A stretch of 64,000 nucleotides of DNA from an uncultured Spirochaetota bacterium (GTDB taxonomy: Bacteria > Spirochaetota > Spirochaetia > SZUA-6 > Fen-1364): the NCBI GenBank assembly GCA_963845535.1, contig CAWJSK010000019.1, forward strand, positions 460,280 through 524,279, written 5' to 3'. The position numbers were made by a program, and so were the translations under genes. Under the pieces are notes generated by a model that saw only the letters and a list, made by a program, of their open reading frames with translations, made no database searches and was not told where the DNA came from. Shown here one piece after another: positions 30,855 to 40,835 of this stretch (its first letter is position 1; each line of letters starts with the position of its first letter).

Positions 30855-31745
30855 ATGAACATCGGCATTTTCGTTCAGACGGTCATTGGCGGCATTGGGA
30901 TCGGCAGTCTGTACGCTTTGATTGCACTTGGCTACTCCATGGTCTATCGATCCATGGGCCTGGTCAACTTTGCCCAAGGAAGCATCTACATGGTAGGCAC
31001 GTACTTCGGGATCATCTGGTACGCGGGAATGGTCATGGGTCTGCACGTGCCCTATCCCATTGCGCTTGTCATCGGGATTCTTCTCAACGCAATGCTGGGC
31101 GTGCTTCTGGAGCGCGTATTCCGTCCCCTTGCAAAGCTCGACCTGATGTTCATGCTGCTGGGGACCATCGGCCTCGGGTTCGTGCTCGACAACCTCTTTG
31201 TCATCATCTTCGGCGCGGAGGGCTTTGCCGTTGCTTCCCCGCTGCCCAATACGCCCATCATCGTCCTCGGCATCAGGATCCTGCCCCAGATGCTCCTGCT
31301 TATTGGCGGATCCGCGCTGCTCATGATGGGCCTCCAGGTGTTCCTGAAAAGGACTCGGTCCGGCAAGGCCATGCGGGCGTCAGCCATGGACAACGAGATC
31401 GCCAGCACGATGGGCATCCCGGTCAATCGGATGAACGCGCTGACTCTTGCCATTGGGTCCGGGCTGGCCGCGGCGGCAGGCATCCTTGCGGCGCCAATCG
31501 TCTACGTAAATCCGGCCATGGGGTCCGCCGTTGGGCTTAAGGGCTTTGCCGCCGCCATTCTGGGGGGACTGGGGAGCATTCCGGGGGCAATTGCCGGAGG
31601 CCTTCTGTTCGGTGTGCTGGAAGCCGTCTCCGCCGGATACATTTCGTCTTCCTACACGCGGGGAATTGCATTTCTTATCATGGTGATCGTTCTCATGGTC
31701 AAGCCTTCCGGCCTCGTTGGCGAAGTCACCGTGGAGAAAGTGTAG
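30855..31745 (+). CDS. LIV-type ABC permease (LivH-like)
   Basis: YALIALGYSMVY..NFAQG, GKAMRA, KGFAAAILGG. Confidence 0.92.
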   Translation: MNIGIFVQTVIGGIGIGSLYALIALGYSMVYRSMGLVNFAQGSIYMVGTYFGIIWYAGMVMGLHVPYPIALVIGILLNAMLGVLLERVFRPLAKLDLMFMLLGTIGLGFVLDNLFVIIFGAEGFAVASPLPNTPIIVLGIRILPQMLLLIGGSALLMMGLQVFLKRTRSGKAMRASAMDNEIASTMGIPVNRMNALTLAIGSGLAAAAGILAAPIVYVNPAMGSAVGLKGFAAAILGGLGSIPGAIAGGLLFGVLEAVSAGYISSSYTRGIAFLIMVIVLMVKPSGLVGEVTVEKV

Positions 31746-31754
31746 GATGCGAAA

Positions 31755-32798
31755 TTGAACGACCAATCAGCAGGTCTGGCGAAAAGGAAATTGGGCATAC
31801 TGAAAGTCTTGGCGCTTGGGATCGTCGGCTGCGTCCTGCTGGCATTCCCTTTTCTGGCCCAGAACCGTTATCAGGTACACATCATCAATACCGCGGGCAT
31901 CTACATCCTGATCAGCCTGGGGCTGAATATCGCGATGGGCTACGCCGGGCAATACAACCTCGCCATGGGGGCGCTCTGGGGCGTCGGCGCATACACGGCG
32001 GCAATTCTCAACACGAGGCTCGGGGTCCCCTTCTGGCTGAATCTGCCCGCCGCAATGATCGTCAGCCGGCGTCATGGGGGGGATTGTTGGCCTTCCTTCG
32101 TTTAAGGTGCGATCTCACTATCTTGCCATCGTGACAATCGGTTTGGGCGAAGTCATCAACATCGTTCTGGTCAATGAGCAGCGTCTCACGGGGGGGCTGA
32201 CGGCATTTCCCGCATTCAGATGCCGAGCTTCTTCGGGATCCCCATCAACACCGACGAGCGGTACTACTACCTGATCCTGGCCGTCGTCCTTTTGGGCTTT
32301 TTCGTCGCGCGGCAGCTTCTCAGACATCGAATGGGCCGATCCTTCCGAGCCATTCGCGACGATTACCAGGCGGCAAAAGCAATGGGCGTCAATATAGCGT
32401 ACTACCAGATCCTTGCCTTCGTCATCAGCGCGGCATATGCGGGAGCAGCAGGGGCTTTGTTCGCGCATCTCAACACGTATATAAGCCCCGATATTTTTGA
32501 CTTCAGTTCCACTTTGTTCATCCTGACCGTAACGATGGTGGGAGGAATGGGCACTCTTGTCGGCTCCGTCGTGGGCGGGCTGGCCTTGCCGATTCTGCAA
32601 GAGTATCTGCGGGTCATCAGGAATTGGCAATTGGTGGTCTACGGTATTGCCATCATGGTGGTCGTTCTCTTCATTCCCGGTGGGGTCATGGAGCTGATGC
32701 GCCGGCTGAAGGGCTCTCGGACACTTCGATGGCTGTGGTCCCGCAGGTCCTCAGAGGAGACGCTCCAACCGGAGGAAACGAATGTTTCTGGAGATTGA
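31755..32798 (+). CDS. LIV-type ABC permease (LivM-like), broken by two frameshifts (~32064 and the G-run at 32190-32196)
   Basis: Three consecutive ORF pieces join into LGLNIAMGYAG..YLAIVTIGLGE..GRSFRAIRDD..VGGMGT. Confidence 0.8.
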
Positions 32799-33547
32799 AG
32801 GCCTCACAATGCAGTTTGGCGGGCTGAGCGCGCTGCGGGACGTTTCCATGAGGATCGAGGAAGGCGAGATCCATGGCTTGATTGGTCCCAACGGTTCCGG
32901 GAAGACAACCACCTTCAATGTCGTCTCAGGCTACTACAGGCCCAGCGGCGGAAAAATCACCTTTGGAAAGAAGAACATCACCGGCCTGCCTGCGCACAAA
33001 ATTACAGCAACGGGCTTCGCTCGGACCTTTCAGAACCTGCGGCTCTTCAAGAGCATGACCGTACTGGAGAACGTCCTTGTGGGAATGGGCCACCATGCAA
33101 AAACAGGTTTGTGGCAGGAGATCCTGAACCCCATCGCGGTCCGACGAGAGGAGAAGGGCTTCATCGAAAAGGCCATGAAGCTGCTCGACCTGCTTGGCAT
33201 TGCCAGACTGGCAGAGTACCCCGCTACCAGCCTCTCCTACGGTCATCAGCGCCGCGTGGAGATTGCCCGTGCGCTCGGAACCGACCCGAAGATACTCCTC
33301 CTGGATGAGCCGGCGGCCGGACTCGAATGAGGTAGAGTCCGAGGATCTGCGTCAGGCCTTGGTCAAGATCCGTCAGTCAGGGGTGACGATCTTCCTGATC
33401 GAGCATGACATGAAGCTGGTCATGGGAATGTGCGACATCATTACCGTCCTGGATTATGGAAAAAAGATAAGTGAAGGAAGCTGCGAGAGCGTCAGCAACG
33501 ACCCGGTGGTTATCGAAGCCTACCTCGGGAAGGAGGAGCAGCCATGA
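32782..33547 (+). CDS. LIV-type ABC ATPase (LivG-like), frameshift ~33324
   Basis: GPNGSGKT, RTFQN, LSYG, LLDEPAAG / NEVE..IEHDM..IEAYLG. Confidence 0.85.
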
Positions 33548-34251
33548 TGGTGGTTGAGTCCCTCCACACGTACTACGGGAACATCCACGCAGTCAAGGGA
33601 ATCTCTTTCGAGGTGCAGAAGGGCCAGATTACCGCCATCATCGGGGCCAACGGTGCCGGCAAGTCGACGTCCATGAAGACCATCTGCGGTCTGCTTCACC
33701 CGCGCAACGGAAGAATCCTCCTTCATGATTCGCCCATTCACAGGCTGCGCCCGGATCAGATTGTGCGTTTGGGGATTGGATACGTTCCCGAGGGAAGGCG
33801 GGTCTTCCCGGTATTGACCGTGGATGAAAACCTCGACATGGGCGCCTACCATCGCTCTGATGCATCCGAGGTCGCCAGGGACAAGGAACGGATGTATGAG
33901 ACCTTTCCCAAGCTCAAGGACCGCAGAAAGCAACTCGCCGGGTCATTGAGCGGCGGAGAGCAACAGATGCTGGTGATAGCTCGCGCCTTGATGTCCAAGC
34001 CTCAGCTACTGCTGATGGATGAGCCTTCCCTGGGTCTGGCGCCCCTCCTGGTCCGGCAGGTATTCGACATCATCGTGGAGCTGAACAGGAAGGGTTTGAC
34101 CATCCTTCTGAGCGAGCAAAACGCGCGCGGCGCTTTGAAGATCGCGCATCGGGGGATCGTGATGGAGACGGGCAAAGTCCGATTTGCCGGCGCGGCACAG
34201 GCCCTGCAAGAGAACCCCGTGGTTCAGCGGGCGTACTTGGGCGTCGGATGA
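33544..34251 (+). CDS. LIV-type ABC ATPase (LivF-like)
   Basis: GANGAGKS, VPEGR, LSGGEQQM, DEPSLGLAP. Confidence 0.93.
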   Translation: MMVVESLHTYYGNIHAVKGISFEVQKGQITAIIGANGAGKSTSMKTICGLLHPRNGRILLHDSPIHRLRPDQIVRLGIGYVPEGRRVFPVLTVDENLDMGAYHRSDASEVARDKERMYETFPKLKDRRKQLAGSLSGGEQQMLVIARALMSKPQLLLMDEPSLGLAPLLVRQVFDIIVELNRKGLTILLSEQNARGALKIAHRGIVMETGKVRFAGAAQALQENPVVQRAYLGVG

Positions 34252-34336
34252 GTCCGTCGGCCGCGAAAGGAGGTGCTCGGGGTGAGGAAGCTGTCGGGGA
34301 CGTGTTGCGTCGTGGAAACATGAAGGGAGGATCATC

Positions 34337-35503
34337 ATGAAGCGAAAAGGACTTGGTATCATTCTGACGATATGTGTCATAGCGACGATCGGCATTTCTT
34401 TTGCCGCAGCATCAGGCACCAAAGAAGGCGCCGGTGGCGCCGCCAACCCCGCTGCTGAGGCGCAGCCAATCAAAATAGCGATCATCGGTGCCATGAGTGG
34501 CACCAACGCAATCCTGGGAGACTGGCTGAAAAAGGGCGTGACCCTTGCCATTGAGCAGCAAAACGCCAAAGGCGGCATCCAGGGCCGCCAGATTCAGCTC
34601 GTCATCTACGACGATCAGGCCAACCCCACAACGTCTGTCGGCTTGGCCCAGAAGGTCGCCACCGAAGACAAGGTCATGGCGGCGTGGGCCACAACGAACA
34701 GCAATTCAACGCTGGCGGATCTTCCGATTTTCCAGAGCTACAAGATACCGCAGCTCACGTTTGGGACGAACGTCAACATCACGCAGCAGGGCAGCGCGTA
34801 CATTTTCCGACAGTGCCCTGCCGGCCCCGCGTATGAGGATCCGCTGATCGACTATCTGGTGAAGGCAGGCAAGACGAAGTATGCCATCATCGGCGACAAC
34901 TCTGCGTATGGCAAGGGAGAAACGGACTATCAGACCGCGGCCCTCAAGCGCAATAACCTGACGCCGCTGGATGCCGAGGCATACGGGATTGACGACAAGG
35001 ACTTCACGGGCCAGCTTACCAAGATACTCCAGACCCAGCCCGAGGTCCTCCTGCTGGCCTCTTCCGAGGTAGCCGGTGGACTGGTGGCCAGGCAGGCGCG
35101 GCAGCTCGGCTTCACCGGGATCATCGCGGGCGGCTCCGCCATGGCCACGCCCAAGTTTACCGAGACCGCGGGGGATGCGGCCGAGGGCGTCTACTTCACA
35201 TCACCGTACCCGGGCAACGCCGCGAACGAGCGCACACGCGCGTTCGCCGCAGCGTACAAGGCGCGGTGGGGGGAAGACGCGGAAGAGCATGGGGCCAACA
35301 GCTATGACGGTGCCAGCATGCTGTTGCTGGCAATGTCGAGGGCCAACCCTTTGACTTCTGAAAACGTTGCCGCGGAGATGCACAAGATCTCCGGCTACCA
35401 AGGCCTGCAAGGTGTCTTCAACTATGATGCAACCGGCGAAGGGATTCGGTTGACGAACGTCGGCATCATCAAGAACGGCAAGCACGCATTCCTGACAAAA
35501 TAG
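34337..35503 (+). CDS. LIV-type ABC solute-binding protein
   Basis: Signal peptide; IKIAIIGAMSG, N..GGIQGR, YDD, AYGKG, DFTGQL. Confidence 0.92.
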   Translation: MKRKGLGIILTICVIATIGISFAAASGTKEGAGGAANPAAEAQPIKIAIIGAMSGTNAILGDWLKKGVTLAIEQQNAKGGIQGRQIQLVIYDDQANPTTSVGLAQKVATEDKVMAAWATTNSNSTLADLPIFQSYKIPQLTFGTNVNITQQGSAYIFRQCPAGPAYEDPLIDYLVKAGKTKYAIIGDNSAYGKGETDYQTAALKRNNLTPLDAEAYGIDDKDFTGQLTKILQTQPEVLLLASSEVAGGLVARQARQLGFTGIIAGGSAMATPKFTETAGDAAEGVYFTSPYPGNAANERTRAFAAAYKARWGEDAEEHGANSYDGASMLLLAMSRANPLTSENVAAEMHKISGYQGLQGVFNYDATGEGIRLTNVGIIKNGKHAFLTK

Positions 35504-35563
35504 AAAGGCATGTGCACGCTCGGAGACGACTCATCGTCTCCGAGCGTGCCAGGGGAGACTGAC

Positions 35564-36595
35564 ATGAAGGCTATCGTGAAATATGAGGACGCGGCAGGCG
35601 CGGTCAAGGTGATGGATCGACCGAAGCCTCAGGTCGGCGCCAACGACGTCCTCATCGGGATCAAGGCAACCGGGATCTGCTACTCCGACATGTCCATCGT
35701 GAAGGGCGAATACAAGGGAAGAAAACCCGTACCGATTCCCGTCATTCTTGGGCACGAGGCGTCGGGGGTCGTTTCCGCGGTTGGAAAGAACGTGCGGAGC
35801 GTTGCCCCGGGAGACCGGGTGGCGTTCGAGCCCCTGAATGGCTGCGGGCAGTGCGAAAACTGCAAGAAGGGTTTCAAGAACATGTGCACGGACTGGAGCC
35901 ATGTCGGCATCACGTGCGACGGGACGTTTGCCGAGTTTGTTGCGGTTCCCGAGATCCTGGTGCACGAGCTTGGCCCTTCCATATCATTCGCCGACGCAGC
36001 AGTGCTGGAGCCGTTGAGCCTCGTGGCTCGCTCCCTGGAGCACGTCGTACCGGTGGCCGGGGAATCCGCCGTGATCATCGGACCGGGCTCCGTTGGTTTG
36101 CTCCATCTTCAGGCGCTGAAATCATCCGGGGTGGAAAAAATAGTCGTTATTGGAATTGACAAGGATGCAAAGAGGTTCGAGATCGCCGAATCCCTGGGAG
36201 CCAGCCGCGTGGTTTCGCTGCAAAAGGAAGATCCAATCAAGGCGGTCATGGAGGCAACCGGCGGTCATGGCGCAGATATCGTCATTGAGACAGCCAACCA
36301 TCCCTCCGTGTGGGACATCATCCTGGACGTTGTTGCGGCGCGGGGGCGCATTTCCACCTTTGGCCTGTATCCGGAAGCCAAGATCAAACCGATAGCTTTG
36401 CTGAGAAAAGGCGCAACCATCTACGGTGATGTGGCCCTGCTGCCCAAGCACTTCATGCGCGCCATAAGCTGGCTGGAGACGAAAAAAGTTTCTGGCGAAA
36501 AGCTCATCACAAAACGCTTTGCCCTGGACCAGGTAGATGAGGCTTTCACGACTTTCTATGGCGGCCAGACCATCAAGGTCCTCTTTGAAGTCTGA
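35564..36595 (+). CDS. Zn-dependent polyol/cyclitol-type dehydrogenase (MDR)
   Basis: GICYSD, GHE, CGQCENCKKG..C, LEPL, GPGSVG. Confidence 0.92.
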   Translation: MKAIVKYEDAAGAVKVMDRPKPQVGANDVLIGIKATGICYSDMSIVKGEYKGRKPVPIPVILGHEASGVVSAVGKNVRSVAPGDRVAFEPLNGCGQCENCKKGFKNMCTDWSHVGITCDGTFAEFVAVPEILVHELGPSISFADAAVLEPLSLVARSLEHVVPVAGESAVIIGPGSVGLLHLQALKSSGVEKIVVIGIDKDAKRFEIAESLGASRVVSLQKEDPIKAVMEATGGHGADIVIETANHPSVWDIILDVVAARGRISTFGLYPEAKIKPIALLRKGATIYGDVALLPKHFMRAISWLETKKVSGEKLITKRFALDQVDEAFTTFYGGQTIKVLFEV

Positions 36596-36643
36596 CGACG
36601 CTTCAGTGCGGCGCGTGCGCATGCGGAAAGGGGTGGTTCTACC

Positions 36644-38014
36644 GTGAAGAAGATACGGTCCGTGAATCCGTTCACAATGGAGGTGAACGGGGAGTTCGAG
36701 CTCGAATCACCGGCAAAGGTCCGTGAGGAGATAGAAAGGTCACGGGAGGCGTTCAAAGCCTGGAGGGTGAGCGCCGCCGAGCGCGGGAAACATATTGCCC
36801 GATTGGCCGATGTCCTCCTTGCCGGAAAACGCGGCTACGCCGAAACAATCACGCGGGAAATGGGCAAGCCAATCAGGCAATCCCTCACGGAGATAGAGCG
36901 AAGCGCCAATATCTGCAAATATTTCGGAGAGCATGCAGAAGAGCTTACTCGTGACGAAGTTGTAGAGACGGCGTTTGCAAAGAGCTACGTCACTTTCGAG
37001 CCCCTCGGTGTAATCCTTGCCATAATGCCGTGGAATTTCCCGGTCATCCAGCTTTTCCGGTTTGCCATTCCCACCATGTCGGCCGGCAATGTCGTTGTCT
37101 TGAAACCTGCTTCCATCACGCCGTTGTGCGGGAAGGCCATCGAGAGCATTTTCACGGACGCCGGGTTTCCGAAAGGAGTCTTCAGGACTCTCCTGATGGA
37201 TTCCGCCACTGCGCTGGACCTCGTCAAAGATGACATGGTGGACGGCGTCTCCCTGACGGGGAGCCTTGGAGCGGGCACGCAGGTGGGGGCGGCTGCGGGC
37301 GGCCGGATCAAGAAAAACGTGCTGGAGCTCGGCGGGTCGGATCCGTTCCTGGTCCTTGATGACGTTGACGTGGATGCGGTTGCCTCCCAAGCGGTCCAGT
37401 CGCGTTTCGTCAATTGCGGCCAGAGCTGTGTCGCTTCCAAGCGCTTCGTTGTCATGAAGAAGATCGCGCAGGAGTTCACCGACCGCTTCGTCCACTACAT
37501 GCAGGCCATGAAGGCGGGCAATCCGATGGACGAGTCGACGGACATCGGCCCCCTTGCAACGGAAGAAGCGGCGTATGAGCTCTCACGGCAGATCGCAGAC
37601 GCAAAGCAGAAAGGCGCCACGGTGGTAGAAGGTCCACCCATTCCGTCACAGGGGATGTTCTTTCGGCCGGTTGCCATCCTCAATGCCAAAAAAAACATGC
37701 TCGTGGCTCAAGAGGAAACCTTTGGCCCCATCGCTCCGATCTTCGTCGTCAAGGATGAGGAGGAGATGATCGAACTTGCGAACTCCACGGAGTTTGGCCT
37801 CGGAGCGACCATCTGGAGCAAGGACATCGAGAAAGCCCAAGCGCTGGCCCGTAGGATCGAATCTGGGTTCGTCGGCATCAACAAGCCGGTGAAATCAGAT
37901 CCGCGCCTGCCCTTCGGGGGAACCAAGAAATCCGGCGTGGGGCGTGAGCTCTCACACTACGGAGTCCGGGAGTTCACCAACGTGAAGACCATCATCGTGG
38001 AGAACCCGGGCTGA
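36644..38014 (+). CDS. NAD(P)-dependent aldehyde dehydrogenase (SSADH-like)
   Basis: MPWNFP, TGS, LELGGSDP, GQSC, EETFGP, PFGG. Confidence 0.95.
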   Translation: MKKIRSVNPFTMEVNGEFELESPAKVREEIERSREAFKAWRVSAAERGKHIARLADVLLAGKRGYAETITREMGKPIRQSLTEIERSANICKYFGEHAEELTRDEVVETAFAKSYVTFEPLGVILAIMPWNFPVIQLFRFAIPTMSAGNVVVLKPASITPLCGKAIESIFTDAGFPKGVFRTLLMDSATALDLVKDDMVDGVSLTGSLGAGTQVGAAAGGRIKKNVLELGGSDPFLVLDDVDVDAVASQAVQSRFVNCGQSCVASKRFVVMKKIAQEFTDRFVHYMQAMKAGNPMDESTDIGPLATEEAAYELSRQIADAKQKGATVVEGPPIPSQGMFFRPVAILNAKKNMLVAQEETFGPIAPIFVVKDEEEMIELANSTEFGLGATIWSKDIEKAQALARRIESGFVGINKPVKSDPRLPFGGTKKSGVGRELSHYGVREFTNVKTIIVENPG

Positions 38015-38041
38015 GCGGAAGCGCGCTTCGAGGTGAGGGGA

Positions 38042-39863
38042 ATGAGGAATATCGCACTGCTGGGCAAGCTGCTGGGAGGATTCGCCGTCGTCGCCTTTCT
38101 CGTCCTGGCGGTCGGATATGTGGGGCTGAGGGGCGCTCGCAGCATGACGGGCACCGTCAATGACGTCGGGACCAACCACCTGCGGGCAGTACAGAGCCTC
38201 CTGCTGGCAGCGGAAGCGCAGTCCCAGGTCAATGCCGCGGAGAACATTCTCATGGAAAAGGGCCTGGACGCCGGAAGCGTGCAGAGCAACTTCACGGCGT
38301 TCGACAAGGCCAGAAAAGTCATTGACGACTCATTCGCAGTCTACGAGTCTCTCCCCAAGTCGAAGGAAGGACTGGACCGCTGGAATCAGCTCAAGGTCGT
38401 GTTCGAATCGTGGTGGAAGACGCACCTGGACTTCGCCCGCATTGCCCAGGCGTATTGGAACAATCCCTCTGATGCTGCATACACCGACATGAAAAACCAG
38501 ATTCCGCAGAACAGCTCAGACGTACGCCCCTTCCAGCGGGCTCCTGCATGGTCTTGTGGAGACAAACATCCAGGAGGCGGACGCCGCGGTGGCCAGAAGC
38601 CGGGCAACCGGCTTTCGAGTGGAGGTGACCTCTCTTACCGGCATGTGCGCGGGGGTCATCCTGGCCTTGCTGGAGGGGGTCCTTCTTTCCCTGTCAATTG
38701 CGCGACCGCTTGCCAGGGCAGTGGCGTTCGCGAAAATCGTCTCCGGAGGAGACTTCACCCAGAAGCTGGATATCACTGGCAAAGATGAGGTGGGGGTCCT
38801 GGCCGACGCTCTGAATGCCATGGCGAAAAAGCTCAGCGGTGTGGTCGACTCCATCCAGCAGAGCGCGGAAGAGGTGGCTTCCTCCAGCGAAGAGATCAGC
38901 GCCACCGCGCTGAACCTGTCGGAAGGCGCGCAGAATCAAGCATCGACAATAGAACAGACCAGCGCCTCCATGGAGGAGCTTTCTGCGTCCGTGGCCCAGG
39001 TGGCGGAGAATGCACAGTCGCAGGCAAGCGCCGCCCAGCGGGGCGAGAGCTCCATGGCGAAGGTGGACAGGTTCATCCAGGACGTCGCCCGGGGCCTCCA
39101 GGAGATAGCCGGCCTGGCCGGGCAGTCAGTGGAAAAGGCGGAGAACGGGGCCCGGTCCGTCCAAAAGGTAGTGGACGGAATCGGGACGATCGCAGAGAGC
39201 TCGGAGAAGATCAGGGGAATTGTCGCGGTGATATCCGACATCGCGGACCAGACGAACCTCCTGGCGCTGAACGCGTCCATCGAGGCAGCGCGGGCCGGGG
39301 AGCACGGCCGTGGGTTTGCCGTGGTTGCTGACGAGGTGAGCAAGCTGGCGGACCGAAGCTCCGCATCAACCAAGGAAATCGGGGCCTTGATCAGCAAGAG
39401 CGTGGAAAACGTGAGCGACGGGGTGGAAATTGCCCAGGGCTCGAAGGAGGCCATGGAAGGGATTCGCGCGTCGTCCCAGAGGGTCAAGGAAATGATCGCA
39501 GGACTCTCCGAGTCTATCTCCCAGCAGGTGATGACCGTGGAGGACCTTTCGAAATCCCTGGGTGGGGTCAGTGACATGAGCCGTGGCATCTCCTCGGCAA
39601 CGGAAGAGCAGACGACGAATGCCAAGCAGATTTCCGCGGCAATGGAAACCGTCAACGAGCTCACGCAGGTTGCCGCCTCAGCCGCCGAGGAGCTGTCCGG
39701 TTCCACGGAGCAGCTGACCACCATGGCGCAGAGCCTGCACAGGACCGTTGCGCAGTTCAAGATCGACAAGGGAAATGGCGCGGCCGGCGGGCAGGGCCGC
39801 CAGGCCCTGACGGATGGGGCGGCAGGCAGGAAGCCGCTTACACAGGAGGCGAGTTTGTCGTAG
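38042..39863 (+). CDS. Methyl-accepting chemotaxis protein (four-helix-bundle sensor), frameshift ~38513
   Basis: TM-periplasmic helical domain-TM-HAMP (DEVG); [33 protein letters not shown]. Confidence 0.9.
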
Positions 39864-39904
39864 ACTGGAGAAAAGATCTGTCTCAACGTCAGGAGGGATA
39901 CTCG

Positions 39905-40357
39905 GTGGCCAAGCGCGTAGCGGTAGTCCATGGGCCGAACCTGAATATGCTCGGCAAGCGCGAGGTGGGCATATACGGTGGCAAGTCAATGGAAGAGATC
40001 AACTCCGAGGTGGCTGCCGAGGCAGCATTCCTGGACGTGGCAGTCGAGTTCTACCAGTCGAACAGCGAGGGTGAGCTGGTCACCTATATCCAGCAGTGCC
40101 GGGGAGAAATGGACGGCATCTTGTTGAATGCCGGCGCCTACACCCACTATTCCATCGCTCTTCGGGACGCGGTTGCGGCCGCGCAGGTCCCAACCGTAGA
40201 GGTTCACATCTCGAACATCTACAAGAGAGAGCCTTTTCGCCATGTGTCGGTCCTCGCTCCCGTTTGCATCGGCCAGATCTGCGGATTCGGCTCTCATGGA
40301 TACGTCCTGGCTCTCCGGGCTTTGATGGAAGAGCGATTCGACCCCTGGCTGGCCTGA
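39905..40357 (+). CDS. aroQ: Type II 3-dehydroquinate dehydratase, canonical
   Basis: GPNLNMLGKRE..IYG, NAGAYTHYSIALRDA, VEVHISN..RE.FRH. Confidence 0.95.
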   Translation: MAKRVAVVHGPNLNMLGKREVGIYGGKSMEEINSEVAAEAAFLDVAVEFYQSNSEGELVTYIQQCRGEMDGILLNAGAYTHYSIALRDAVAAAQVPTVEVHISNIYKREPFRHVSVLAPVCIGQICGFGSHGYVLALRALMEERFDPWLA

Positions 40358-40373
40358 GCGCAAGGAGAAGGGT

Positions 40374-40820
40374 GTGAGGAAGGAAAGGAAATATCTGGTA
40401 ATATCCGGTCCAAACCTGAACCTGTTGGGAACGCGCAAGACTTCCATCTATGGGGCGGGCTCCCTGGAGGACATCCACAGCGGATTGCGCCAGCGCGCGG
40501 AAGAGCTCAAGGTGGCCGTTGATTGCAGGCAATTCAACAGCGAAGGCGCCATCATCGACTGCCTTCAGCAGGCGCCCAGCGAATACGATGGCGTGATCAT
40601 CAACGCCGGCGCCCTGGCGCATTACAGCTACGCCCTCCGCAGCGCTATCGGCTCGATGCTGCTGCCGTGCGTGGAGGTATTCATCTCCAACGTGCATGCG
40701 CGCGAAGAGTTCCGCCATAAATCGGTGATAGCGCCCGTGTGCGTGGGGGTCATCGGCGGTTTCGGGAAAAAAAGCTACCTGCTGGCCCTGGAAGCCCTGT
40801 CCAAACTGAGCAAAGCATAG
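40374..40820 (+). CDS. aroQ: Type II dehydroquinase paralogue with altered active site
   Basis: GPNLNLLGTRK..IYG, NAGALAHYSYALRSA, VEVFISNVHAREEFRH. Confidence 0.9.
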   Translation: MRKERKYLVISGPNLNLLGTRKTSIYGAGSLEDIHSGLRQRAEELKVAVDCRQFNSEGAIIDCLQQAPSEYDGVIINAGALAHYSYALRSAIGSMLLPCVEVFISNVHAREEFRHKSVIAPVCVGVIGGFGKKSYLLALEALSKLSKA

Positions 40821-40835
40821 AAGGGAGATCCGCGC

